Positions 1-11,387 of a stretch of 33,154 nt of DNA are shown here, in pieces. Position 1 is the first letter of the stretch, and every line of letters starts with the position of its first letter. The stretch comes from Octopus bimaculoides (taxonomy: Eukaryota): positions 41,566,065-41,599,218 of the forward strand of contig NC_068994.1 of NCBI RefSeq assembly GCF_001194135.2. The letters are read 5' to 3'. The position numbers and the translations under genes were made by a program. The notes under the pieces are model-generated. The model saw nothing but the letters and a program-made list of their open reading frames with translations. It made no database searches and was not told the origin of the DNA.

Positions 1-322
1 GGGGCAAAAATAAAGCGCAAGGTATTGAGATGTTTGAGGCCGTAAATAAATAAAAAATCTCTATCTTATCTGCATCTTGGGTATTTCGTCGTAGTACGTC
101 AGCGAGATAATTTAGAATGGGTTTCTCATTTATATATAGCCAGAACCTGAAGACCTTAAGGAAAAACTACGAAGGGGAGAGAGAGGATGGAGGGGTAGAC
201 AGAGGCATGGCGGGAGAAAAGATCATCATCATCATCATCATATATATATATAAAGAGAGAGAGAGAGAGAGAGAGGGGGGGACCAGTCAAGCAGCACATC
301 ACGCTGTAATTCTTGGGCTGAG

Positions 323-353
<31 letters not shown>

Positions 354-366
354 ACAGGCTTCTGTC

Positions 367-510
367 AGTTTCCATCCAGAAAATTCACTCACAAGGCTTT
401 GGTCAACCAGGGGATATAGTAAAAGGTGCTTGCTTAAGGTGCCATATAGTAGGACTGAATCCAGAACCATGTGGTTGGGAAGCAAATTTCTTACCACACA
501 ACCATGCCTG
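367..510 (-). mobile_element. tRNA-derived CORE-type SINE, family B
   Basis: Reverse complement reads ggttgtgtggtaagaaatttgcttcccaaccacatggttctggattcagtcctactatatggcaccttaagcaagcacc...; the caccttgggcaag-like segment resembles the CORE domain. Confidence 0.8.
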
Positions 511-994
511 ACCTATAAAAAGGTCAATTCTTGAATTGATTTGAGCATTTCAATTTGGCTTTGATGGAACACCATCTTTAAAGGCTTTATGTAATTATAA
601 TAAATCCAGAATTTAATCTTATTGTTGCTTTATCAAATTATATGTTGCATGGTGAAATTTAGCAGAGTTATGTCCCTTGAAAGAGTCATCTACCTTAAAA
701 GGACTTAAGTACGACATGGTATTCACATTGATTTACACCAGATTGATATACACAAACATCAATCCTGACACTCGGCTACACACATGTATACACACATACA
801 CATATGTATATGCACACGTAGATGCATGTATATAATGGGCTCTGGCACAGTTCTTGTTTACTAAATTTCATTGACAAATTATCAGTCAGCCTATGGCTAC
901 AATGAGACATGTCAAATTTACAAGGCAGTACATAAAATTTGTTACCTAATTCACTTCTTCCATATTAACATATTGAATATTAAATCAACCCCTT

Positions 995-1142
995 TATTTA
1001 ACAAGTAATTTATTTTATTGACCTCCACAAAGTAATACAAAATAAAAGCTAACTTCAGTAGGATTTAAACTCAGAATGCAAAGAGCTATAATTAAATAGC
1101 ATAGGCATATCACCTGACAATTTAATGATTGTACCAATTCAC
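995..1142 (-). mobile_element. Old, decayed family A SINE
   Basis: aagtaatttattttattgacctcc...ggatttaaactcagaatgcaaag resembles the family core and B-box. Confidence 0.55.
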
Positions 1143-1780
1143 AGTATTAGTTGAGTTAGCTTTAATATAATCTCACATCGTAAGTCACAGGTTGTTAGTT
1201 TGACAGACAATCACAGGCTCAAGGTTTGCAGCTTTCAAGAGCAATAACTTCAGTTTTAAGGAAATTCTTAGGTGCATTGAAGCAACAAGTTTGTTTTATA
1301 ATGTTACTGAAAATCGAGATTGAGCAAGCTTTTGTTCTTTTGCCTTTCTAATGGGCCTAGACTTATGTAATTTTTATTGGAGATATCAGTGAGGTCAGAA
1401 TCTTTAAAGGTGACTTTATCACATTCTCCATTATCTTGCTGTCTGCTAGAAAAACTTGAGAATACATTTAAGAATGCCAGATGATAAGGCTGATAATGCA
1501 GCATTTCTTGAAGGTAGAGCACAAAGTTATTTCCAAATCTTAAGGTATATGTATGGATGCATGAGTGTATATATAAATGAATACACAGACACACACATAC
1601 ATAAATACACACACATGCATGCATACATACATACATACATATTTATTATTATTATTATGATTCTTCTTCTTCTTCTTATTATTATTATTATTACTACTAT
1701 CATTATAAGTTTTTCTTCTTTCAATTCTGATTCCATTTCTCGAGTGTCTTTCCAACTCTTAGGACAAAGAAACTCACTGG

Positions 1781-1816
<36 letters not shown>

Positions 1817-1903
1817 TTATGTTTGACTTTTGCTTTACATTTGTAAAAGTTGGCTCCAAGTCTCACCCAGAGACCTCAAGAGACAAGTTAGAAGTTCATG
1901 TTG

Positions 1904-1941
<38 letters not shown>

Positions 1942-2503
1942 TGTATAAATTATCCTAATCATCTTGATCTATTTTCATTGTCATAAATAATTTTCTTATA
2001 CAAGATATGAATAAGAAATTGTATAAAAGATTAGTCCTCAATTCAGAATACTTGGCCTCACAAAGAACGTAACACTGTCTGAAATCCACTTTTAACACCA
2101 ATTAAAGTTAAAGTTTAGATGCATAGCATTTACATTGCTCCTGTGTTTGTGTGTGTGGATTAGATTGTATCATCTAGTCTGAAAAAATAACTTCAGGACC
2201 TGAAGTATTTCAAAACCACTTCATGAAATTTATTACTGAGAAATACCTGATTGAAGAGTTCAAATACTAAGTTGGAAACAAATTCCTGCTGCATTTTTGA
2301 TTTGATCACTTGCAGGGTGCTTTTTCAGTATTTATGGTAAAATAAGCATTAATTTTTATATTCTAATACCTTTTTTTTTCTTTGCAGATTACATTATATT
2401 ATTATGGATAAACTCTTATCAATTTTACCTTTTTAAAATTAGTTTAGATTAGACACATATCAGACACTGAGGGCTGTATTAATTCCAAAGCGTCTCTTTA
2501 GCA

Positions 2504-3460
2504 ATGGAAGTACCAAGAAATATTTGTTCTGTTTATGAAAAGGAACCTGTAAGTATCCAGACATGCCAATGAGGGTTTGGCCAGTTTTGCTTGGGAAATT
2601 TTTCATTTGCAGATTTCCCTCAACCTGAAAGATCAAGTTCTGTCACTATTGAGCTTCTGACAACTATAATTGAGGGAAATCCAAAGCACACTACATGGGA
2701 ATTCACAAAATAGTTAAATTCAAGTTACAATTTAATCATTAAAAATCTTCATAAACTAGTAAAAGTACATAAATTCGGTCAGTAAGTCCTTCATCATCTG
2801 ACTGCTTCATAGCTTCATCAAAGAGTTGCTCTCTGTTCATTTTTGAAGAGTAGACTTGCTGCTGAATGTTTACTGTGAAGAATCATTACAAATTATGAAA
2901 AGTGGATTCCCTATAATCATATCTAAAGAAAACAACACTGGTTAACAACCAATAACAAAGAAGAACCCCTCTCCAAACCAGGACTACATCTGAAAATGGT
3001 CATGCTTTGTGTTTGGTAAGATATGAAGGGTGACCTTTATCATGAAGTGTTAAGCCAAAATAGGAAAGTTAATGTGGAGAATTAATGTCATCAATTGGAA
3101 GCATTGCACAAAAATTTGCAGAGGGAGCTCCCATTGTTGATCTATCGTAAAGGGGTGTTACTCTTAAATGATAATTCAAGACCACATATTATCGATGTCA
3201 CTTAGAAAAAGATTGCGGTGTTAAATAGGGAAGTTTTGCTTTGTTCTCCTTACTTTGCTTATCTGATTATCATCTCTTCAGATTATCACACTATTATTTT
3301 GAGGAAAAATAGTTTATTAACTGGAGAAAGATTTAAAATAATATGGAGTGTTTCTTTGCTGCAAAACCTAAAGAAATTTTCGCCTGAAAGGTCAACAATT
3401 TACCAAATAGATATGAGATTATGTAATCAATAATGAGGGATAATATTATCTTGATTAAAT
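2504..3460 (+). mobile_element. Decayed mariner (Tc1/mariner, D,D34D-type) transposase pseudogene
   Basis: Manual translation gives ...VSIQTCQ*GFGQF (HTH region), *VLHHL (WVPHEL), RIITNYEKWIPY (TGDEKW), KPGLHLKMVMLCVW*DMKG, NDNSRPH (HDNARPH), SPYFAYL (YSPDL) and, after a frameshift, SDYHLFR. Many stop codons. A TIR-like sequence follows near 3500-3533. Confidence 0.92.
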
Positions 3461-3544
3461 ACGTCGAGACCAAAGAAGCATTTGTTGCTTTCCCATCTTG
3501 AAATGTGGCAGGACTTTCTTTTCAACATTATACAAATCAATGAG

Positions 3545-3796
3545 AAGCCAATTTTAGTAAACTCAAAAGGAACTCATTAAGACTGTTTGGTGACATCAAG
3601 TGTTGAAATTATGGTCTCTTTAGAATCTGTCTGAAGGGTATGATACCTGGAAAGAGAAACTGGGGATATGCTAACAGTTGGTAGGGAAACCAAATTCGAA
3701 AGTGGTCTCAGTAATCAATCATGGACAGTGCTCAATACTTTGGCAGTAAGCAGAAATAGGTGGAGGAGGAAATATGCTCGTAACAATCAGAAATGA
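3545..3796 (+). mobile_element. RTE-clade LINE, 3' ORF fragment (decayed)
   Basis: Translates as RNSLRLFGDIKC*NYGLFRICLKGMIPGKRNWGYANSW*GNQIRKWS and, after a frameshift, LNTLAVSRNRWRRK. This resembles the RTE C-terminal pattern L-x-W/F-GH...G-x-I-x-GKR-x-RGRP...W...R-x-x-WR. Confidence 0.75.
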
Positions 3797-3912
3797 CAAT
3801 TCACAGAAAAAGAAAGAAAACAAAACATGGAGAATTGCTATGTTTCATCATAGTAATTCTCTTGCAACACATAACAGCATGTAAAAGTGAACATGAAAAT
3901 TATATGGACAGA

Positions 3913-3914
3913 GA

Positions 3915-3945
<31 letters not shown>

Positions 3946-4095
3946 AATGATGATGACGATGTTGATGAGGAGGAGGAGGAGGAGGATGTCCATGATGGCG
4001 ATGACGATGATGACAATGATGATGATAATGATGATGTTGATAATGATGATGATGATTACGTCGATGATGACAATGACCATGATGATGATGATGAT
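3913..4095. repeat. Compound (GAT/GGT/GAG)n microsatellite in the first Pcdh intron
   Basis: Direct inspection. Confidence 0.95.
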
Positions 4096-4120
4096 AAGTT
4101 TGTGTAAATGAAAGCGTTGA

Positions 4121-4129
4121 ACTCACCTG
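4121..4129 (-). other. Splice donor ending the large Pcdh exon (phase 0)
   Basis: Minus strand CAG|GTGAGT is a consensus match; protein complexity collapses to a His-repeat right after it. Confidence 0.85.
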
Positions 4130-6508
4130 TTTGACAGTTGGTAATTTTTTGGCCTTTTTATTTTTTAGTATATCTCTAGAAAAGAGCTGACTTTTTGAGC
4201 CAACGAGCTGTATATTTCTACTTCTCATTTCCTTCGGATTCCTTGTAACAATAACTGGGTTATCAATCTGAGACATTAAATGCCGCATTTCATTCCGAGA
4301 TTGATTGGAAAGGTTCTCTACTGCTCTGTAAGAAGCATTCCTCATATTATTGCATCTGACAATGCATAGCGTTAGTGAAACTACAACTGCAATTGACACC
4401 ACTACTGCAATGGATGTAATGGCTATTACTAAATTAAGATGTATTTTATTATCTGACTGCAATTCAAGATTCGTTAGCATTCTAGTAGTTTCATTACTGA
4501 CTGTTAATGTCAGCGTCATGGTGGTCGTAGCTGATAAAACTGGAATGCCACTGTCTTTTACAAGAAATTGAAGTTCATATGTCCCTATATCATTTTGATA
4601 AACTTTACGAGAGAAAGATAATACACCCGAGTGTAGGTTAATTGCAAACAAGTGTTTATTGTTACCTTTAATTATTTCATATGTAAGAAAGGCGTTGACA
4701 TGACCGTCTCTGTCAGAGGCTCTAATTGTAGTGATATCACTTTTACTCTGTGGATGATAGTGTACATCTAAGTTAAAGGGATCAACATTTGGAAAGATAA
4801 AATATGGGGCGTTATCGTTTTCGTCCATGACTTCAACAATGACATTTGCTGTATTATTCAATGATGGTTTTCCATTGTCTTTGACGAAAACTTGAAATTC
4901 ATATATTTCTTCTACTTCCCTGTCTAATGTTCTTGTTGTTAGAATTAATCCTTCATTTGTAATTTTAAACGGAAGCACTTTATTATTTTTATATAGCAGA
5001 GAATATGTAAGTTGACCCCCAAGCCCTAAATCAGGGTCAGTAGCATTGATAAACCCTACAGGAAAGTTTGCCTCCTCATTTTCATAGGTCAAAAATTTGA
5101 ATACATCTTTTGTAAACTGCGGCTGGACATCATTGACGTCCATTACTTGGATAGAAAATTTACTTTCTGTTGTTAATGGTGGAGACCCATTATCTCTACA
5201 TGATATTGTTATATTATGAAGATCTTCAACTTCTCTGTCTACTGAAGTTTTGAGAATTACTTTATATTCCTTTGAACCTAAACTTAAAAGTTGGAATTTA
5301 CTGTGTTTTAGCTCACAGCTCACCTCACCCTTCTTGCCGCTGTCATTGTCGGTGACTTTTATATAAGCAATAAAACTTCCGACTTTAGTACCTTCCGATA
5401 CAGTAACAGTGTTTTCCGCTAAAGCTGATACAAAATTGACATCTATACTTGGAGCATTGTTTTGTTGGTTGATCACATATACGAGAACCAATGCAATAGA
5501 ACTTAAAGGTGGACTTCCTCCATCTGCAGCTTCTACAAATAATTTATAAAATAATTTTTGTTCTGATGTTATATTTCTCCGGCGGAAAATTTCCCCACTG
5601 GTTTCCTTCAATTCAAAATGTGCCTTCCCGATATCAGATGTTTTTGAGCTGAAATGGTATGAAACTTGACTGTTTTTTCCCGCGTCAGAATCAGTTGCAC
5701 TCACAACGGCAACTGGAATATTTGATGGGTGATCTCTCTTGATAGAAACATTGTAAATATCTCGAGTAAACACAGGTGAATTATCATTTACATCAAGTAC
5801 AAATATTTGAACATTTAAAATACTTTGTTTGGGTGGGGATCCTCCATCTTTTGCAATGACCTGTACATGGTATACGTCTTGTACTTCTCTATCTAATGTC
5901 TCTTCTAATATTATTCCAAGTTTTGATGTGCCATCTAGTTTTTCTGAAATTGATAATTCAAATGGTAAATTGGGTTCTCTTTTGAGTTGATATGTAATTT
6001 GAGAATTTAAAACCCCAACATCATCGTCAATAGCATTTGGAATGGACTTTTTAGTTCCACTTCGGTCAGTTTCAGAAAATGTTAGGTTTATTTGCTTACT
6101 ATGAAAACGAGGTTCATGATCATTGATATCCTTTATAATAACTTTAATTTTTAATATGTTCATGAAAATATCTGCTTTTTGTACGGCAACATCTACCATC
6201 CTGTAACATTCTGTGTTGTATATACAAAGTGATTCTGCATCGAATGCTTGTCCCGTGTAGAGTTTTCCACTCCTGGTTACATTGAATAGCTGTGATACAG
6301 CTGTGCCTTTCTTTGACAACTGACTAAAACTAATCAATCTACGATCTTGTAGAGTGATGCTATCATGCAAGTGTATGTCAGCAGATATATCGCCCAGGAA
6401 GCTACCTGCCTCCTGACTTTCATCAACATGATAAATGAGGTCGACACACAGGCAGTAGTGAAAGCAGGTGAGCAATATACAAACTGGTGCCAGAATTGCC
6501 CCTCTCAT
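4127..6508 (-). CDS. Pcdh: Protocadherin, large coding exon (794 codons: signal peptide, EC1-EC6, TM, proximal cytoplasmic tail); cephalopod-expanded type; symbol is family-level only
   Basis: Translation shows a hydrophobic N-terminal signal (MRGAILAPVCILLTCFHYCLC) and six cadherin repeats with DxNDxxPxF, DxD and LDRE motifs (DINDHEPRF, LDRE/DVNDNSPVF, VDRE/DVNDVQPQF, LDRE/DENDNAPYF). EC1 has the C-X5-C motif (CIYNTEC); the TM is aa 693-717. An in-frame TGA lies 10 codons upstream of the ATG. The exon ends at a perfect phase-0 donor CAG|GTGAGT (4127/4126), after which the ORF runs into (CAT)n repeats. Confidence 0.96.
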
Positions 6509-6553
6509 AACTGATAGAGCCAGCTGTTGTAGGGTTCAAACATTGAGCGTTTT

Positions 6554-6580
6554 CTGAAATGACAACAAAATTATTTTGTA
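6554..6580 (-). other. Splice acceptor 45 nt upstream of the Pcdh ATG (implies upstream non-coding exon(s))
   Basis: Minus strand reads ...ataattttgttgtcattTCAG|aaaacgc with AG at 6555-6554; T-rich tract upstream. Confidence 0.7.
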
Positions 6581-6906
6581 ATTATTGAGTATAAATGAAA
6601 ACTGTCTCTTAAACATGGAATATTTTAATACAAAACATATTCAAATATTTGGGTCTATAAGCATTTACATTCATTTTTTGTACTCAAAAATATGCATATA
6701 CATGTGTATTAGTATGTGTATTTGTGTGTGCATATGTGTGCATGTGCATCAGAATGTGCATGTATGTATGTTTGAATGTATGTGTGTATATGTACACATG
6801 ATAAATGTATGTATATACTGAATCAAACTGTTTTGATCTATACATATAACTTACAATAATTGTGCTGAGTGCCCTTCTTTCATTTGTCCACTCACTCATC
6901 TCATCA

Positions 6907-7835
6907 TCATCATCATCGTTTAACGTCCACTTTCCATGCTAGCATGGNNNNNNNNNNTAATTTCACGAGCAGGCTGTTCCGTTGATCAGATCAACTGGAA
7001 CCCTCGAGGTCGTAAGCGACGGAGTGCCAACAAAAAAAGATGTGTGTATTAATGTATGTGAATACATGCATATGTGAAATGTGTGTGTGTGTGTGTATCA
7101 TCATCATCATCACCGTTGTTTAACGTCTGCTTTCCACGCTAGCATGGGTTGGACGATTTGACTGAGGACTGACAAGCTAGAAGGCTGAACCAGACTCCAA
7201 TCTGATTTGGCAGAGTTTCTACAGCTGGATGCCCTTCCTAACGCCAACCACTCTGAGAGTATAGTGGGTGCTTTTACGTGCCACCGGCATGAAAGCCAGT
7301 CAGGCGATACTGGCAATGGCCACACTCAAAATGGTGTATTTTACATGCCACCTGTACAGGAGCCAGTCCAGTGGCACTGGCAATGATCTCACTCGAATGA
7401 CTTTTCACGTGCCAGGAAGGTGACACTGGTAACGATCATGCTCAAACAGTGGTGCCATCACGATTTCGCTTTCACTTGCCCCAACAGGTCTTCACAAGCC
7501 GAGTTTAGTGTCCAATGAAGGAGACGTTGGCATGGGGGCCAGTCATCGGATTTAGTTCGATTTCGATATATATAATGTCATTCATTTCCAATATTCCATG
7601 TGGAAATGTCATTTTGCTTGGAGACGAATGAGAGTTGGCAACANNNNNNNNNNTCGATATATATAATGTCATTCATTTCCAATATTCCATGTGGAAATGT
7701 CATTTTGCTTGGAGACGAATGAGAGTTGGCAACAGGAAGAGCATCTTGGTATAGAGCCTGGTGTAGCCATCTGGTTCACCAAGCCTCAGTCAAATCGTCC
7801 AACCCATGCTAGCATAGAAAGCGGACGTTAAACGA
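6907..7835. repeat. Cluster of interspersed repeat family C pieces (catcatcgtttaacgtccgctttccatgctagcatggg...ggatgcccttcctaacgccaacc) in both orientations, with two 10-N gaps
   Basis: The same motifs recur at ~19520-19700, 21480-21690, 26500-26880, 28350-28415 and 30245-30430. Confidence 0.8.
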
Positions 7836-7982
7836 TGATGATGATGAGGGTGCTTTCACATACCAACTTTCTCACCTATATATATATATATATATGTATG
7901 TTTGTATGTATGCTTATATGTATGCACATATGTATGTCTATCTATCTGTCTGTCTGTATGTGTGTGTGTGTGTGTATGTGTA

Positions 7983-8040
<58 letters not shown>

Positions 8041-8058
8041 TATATATATGTATGTTTG

Positions 8059-8263
8059 TTAGCACGCAGGGCGAAATGCTTAGCGGTATTTCGTCTGCCG
8101 CTACATTCTGAGTTCAAATTCCGCCGAGGTCGACTTTGCCTTTCATCCTTTCGGGGTCGATTAAATAAGTACCAGTTACGCACTGGAGTCGATATAATCG
8201 ACTTAATCCGTTTGTCTGTCTTTGTTTGTCCCCTCTGTGTGTAGCCCCTTGTGGGTAGTAAAG
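8059..8263 (+). mobile_element. tRNA-derived SINE, family A (well-preserved copy)
   Basis: Head ttagcacgcagggcgaaatgcttagcggtatt...ttctgagttcaaattcc (B-box-like) plus conserved core gactttgcctttcatcctttcggggtcgattaaataagtaccag; more than 10 homologous copies in the window. Confidence 0.85.
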
Positions 8264-9087
8264 ATATAACACATATGTGTGTGCACGCGCACACACACAC
8301 ACACATTACTTAATAACAGTTTCATTCAGCTCCATGCAACATAAAGTTTCATAGGCACATCTAAAGAATCTATAATGCCAGGCTCGCATAAATAATACGC
8401 ATTTATATGAATATGTACTTGTATATATATATGTGTGTGTAGACACACACAAGCATACAGGTGTCTACATGTACATTTGTGAGAAAAAGGTACAACATTT
8501 GTTGGCTTGATTTAACAAAAGACAATACTAACCTTACATGTCCACAACTGTCCAAGTGAGAAGAATGAAAGCAGATAAAAAAAGAGAAACGACAAAAATA
8601 AATTGAATCAATAGGCTGTTATATTTGCAGAAATACATGTGTTAAAGCATATAAACAAATAATAATAATAACACATTTCATGAGTGACTATTCTTTTAAA
8701 CAAAATCAACAGACATTGTAAAGTTTCAAGCTAAAGAAATGAAATATTTAGGAAACATGAATATGCTACCTCAGGTACCCAGTTACAACTCCTTGCAAAA
8801 TCTTATATCTATATCTTTTATCTTTTACTTGTTCCACTCACCAGACTGTCGTGGACAATATACTTTGGTCATAAATATGCAGGAATAAGACTAACCTTAG
8901 GCTAAACTACAAACAACCACTGCAATACATAATCATCAAATGTACTATACTGTCGCTGTTTTACACTGGTTAATAAAACTGCTTCCAGTATTATCAGCAA
9001 AAGGAACATTGCCATTAAAGAGTTATATCTATTTATATCCTTCGACTACGAATATATTATCTGGATAAATAATTATCATATCTTCTG

Positions 9088-9510
9088 GAGGCAGAGGTGT
9101 GGCTGTGTGGTAAAAAACATGCTTCTCAATCACATGGTTTCAGGTTCAGTCCCGCTCCATGGCAACTTGGGCTAGTGTCTTCTACTATAGCCCCTGGCTG
9201 ACTAAAGTCTTATGAGTGAATTTGGAAAATGGAAACTGAAAGAAGCCTGTCGAATATATCTATATATATATATATATATATATTGTATATTGTATCTATA
9301 CATGTGTGTCTTTGTGTCTGTGTTTGTCCCACCACCACTGCATTACAACTGGTCATGGTGTTTTTATGTATCTGTAACTTAGCAGTTTGGCAAAAGAGAC
9401 TGATAGAATAAGTACTAGGTTTTAAGAAAAAAATTACTTGGTTCGACTCATTTGACTAAAAATTCTTCAAGGTGAAGTCTAATGGCTGAAACAAGTAAAA
9501 GATAAAAGAT
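9088..9510 (+). mobile_element. Family B CORE-type SINE with internal (TA)/(TG) microsatellite and 3' tail
   Basis: ggctgtgtggtaaaaaacatgcttctcaatcacatggtttcaggttcagtccc...aacttgggctagtgtcttctactatagcc, followed by a tail ending ctgaaacaagtaaaaga. Confidence 0.8.
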
Positions 9511-10159
9511 TAACGATATAAGCTGAAATTTTCAGACCAAAATTTGCAATCAAAAGTACTAGGTTGACTGATATACTAAAATTTGGAGAACCAAAATTTC
9601 AGTATGTACTGCAGCTGGATTTGGAAACTTAGTGGAGTTGTTTGAATGTTTACACCACATGTTCACACAATATACTATGTTGTCTTGTATACTGGAAAAT
9701 ATGGTATGGCAAATGTTGAGTCAACATACTAAATGTAGTGATGAAAAGTATTATTTTTTTTTTTAACCAGTTAATATCATATCTGTTATAAAGAGAAAAA
9801 CATTGTTCAACTTAATAATTGTGGCATGAAATGCAAGGGAGACAACTTTATAATCAGAGTTGATAAAAATTGAGCAGATGTGAGAAATGTGACACATTTG
9901 GAAAGTTTAGTAACAACTCTCAATTAGTTTTAGTCTTATTAAACCTCCTCAGCAAAGCAGTCATCTTTGTATTTGACATTTTGTATCATAGCACTGCATA
10001 TATTTTCTCTCTTTAGATAAACATAGGAAAAAAAATTTTGTACTGCTAATGAGCAGTAGAACAGTAGCATACATACATGTGTGTGTTAAATTTTTGAATG
10101 CACATCAAAATTTAAAAACAAATGAGCAACTAAAATCAATAAAAGATTTTTATTAATCC

Positions 10160-10193
10160 ACTGTGCTAACGATTCTGCCAGCTCGTCGCCTTC

Positions 10194-10234
<41 letters not shown>

Positions 10235-10705
10235 CCTTTCTACTTTAGGCACAATTCCTGAACTTGTGGGGGAGGGGGCTAGTCGACTACATCGACCCCA
10301 GTGTTCCACTGGTACTTAATTTATCAACCCCGAAAGGATAAAAGGCAAAGATGACCTTGGTGCAATTTGAACTCAGAACGTAGCAACGGGCAAAATACCA
10401 CTAAGCATTTCAATCAGTGTGCTAACGATTCTGCCAGCTCACCCTCTTCATAATGATAATAATAATAATAATAATAATAATGGTTTTAAATTTTGCCACA
10501 AAGGCAGACATTTGTTATGGGGGGGGGGATGTGTCAATTACATTTACCCCAGTGTTCAACTCGTACTTAATTTATCAGCCCCGAAAGGATGAAAGGCAAA
10601 GTTGACCTTGGTGGAGTCTGAATGCAGAATGTAGCAATGGGCGAAATACCATTAAGCATTTCATCTAAGGTGCTAGCGATTCTATCAGCTCACCGCCTTC
10701 TCCAT
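10160..10705 (-). mobile_element. Family A SINEs in tandem: a head fragment (10160-10192) and two full copies (~10232-10450, ~10481-10700) separated by (TAA)n
   Basis: Reverse-complement core ctggtacttaatttatcaaccccgaaaggataaaaggcaaag and head gtgctaacgattctgccagctc are repeated. Confidence 0.85.
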
Positions 10706-10989
10706 AATAATAATAATAATAATAATAATGAAAATAGACAATAAGAAGAACATGATGCAATTTGTAATAGAAATATCGAAATTGAGTAGACTGAGAAGGT
10801 TGATTTTATGTCACACAGAATAAGAACTGGAACTTTTAGAAATTCTGGTAGATACTTAAACAGTCCAGTGCCTAAGGAAAATCATAGTATAAATTACAGT
10901 TTACATTTTACGTATTGAACCTGAAGAAGACAGGTGTTCTGTTGAAGTATTGTTCAACCCACCAAATAAACAATCTCTATTACAAATCG

Positions 10990-11054
10990 CATCATACTCT
11001 TCTTATTGTCTATCTACCTTCGAGAAGAGTTACATCAATTTAAAAAAATTATTA

Positions 11055-11091
<37 letters not shown>

Positions 11092-11174
11092 CATTATTAA
11101 TAATGATAATAATAATGATAATAATGATAATAATAATAATAATAATGATAATAATAATAATAATGATAATAATC

Positions 11175-11210
<36 letters not shown>
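10990..11210. repeat. Compound (ATT)n / (AAT)n / (GAT)n microsatellite block (core ~11050-11210)
   Basis: Direct inspection. Confidence 0.9.
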
Positions 11211-11370
11211 GTTTCAAATTTTTCCACAAGGGCAGCAATTTTGGATGAGTGGGATGAGTTGATTACATTGATACTAGTGTTTAACTGGTACTTATTTTAT
11301 TGACCCTGAAAAGATGAAAGTTAAATTTAACCTTGGCGGAATTTGAACTCAGAACATAAAGATGGACAAA
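11209..11370 (-). mobile_element. Family A SINE, 5'-truncated
   Basis: ctggtacttattttattgaccctgaaaagatgaaagttaaa...gaatttgaactcagaac. Confidence 0.8.
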
Positions 11371-11387
11371 ATAATAATAATAATAAT

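Noticed and set aside
146-175. CTGAAGA followed by ccttaagg as another hammerhead
   Set aside because: No convincing stem I or stem III/cleavage triplet.
1304-1450. Coding-looking minus-strand stretch (SSRQQDNGECDKVTFKDSDLTDIS...) as the next Pcdh exon
   Set aside because: The nearest acceptor (gtttttctAG) is phase 2 for this frame while the donor is phase 0; the phase-0 reading hits a stop after 4 codons. No recognisable motif.
2370-2560. Plus-strand exon defined by tttctttgcAG (2387) and cct|GTAAGT (~2549)
   Set aside because: The donor lies inside the mariner relic and there is no coherent reading frame.
3793-4107. Asp/Glu-rich 104-aa ORF, and similar poly-D ORF at 26805-27074
   Set aside because: Trinucleotide microsatellite translations; the first is the opposite strand of the Pcdh intron repeat.
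3848-6508. 886-aa ORF taken as the full protocadherin
   Set aside because: The last 92 aa follow a perfect splice donor and come from a (CAT)n microsatellite; the CDS was trimmed to 4127.
7275-7450. CRISPR-like or novel spaced array of ~55-60-bp units (also 26575-26710)
   Set aside because: Eukaryotic context; the units are degenerate internal tandem repeats of repeat family C with no unique spacers.
7563-7734. Perfect 81-bp direct repeat (7563-7643 and 7654-7734)
   Set aside because: The copies flank a 10-N gap, typical of unmerged overlapping contig ends, so this is probably an assembly artefact.
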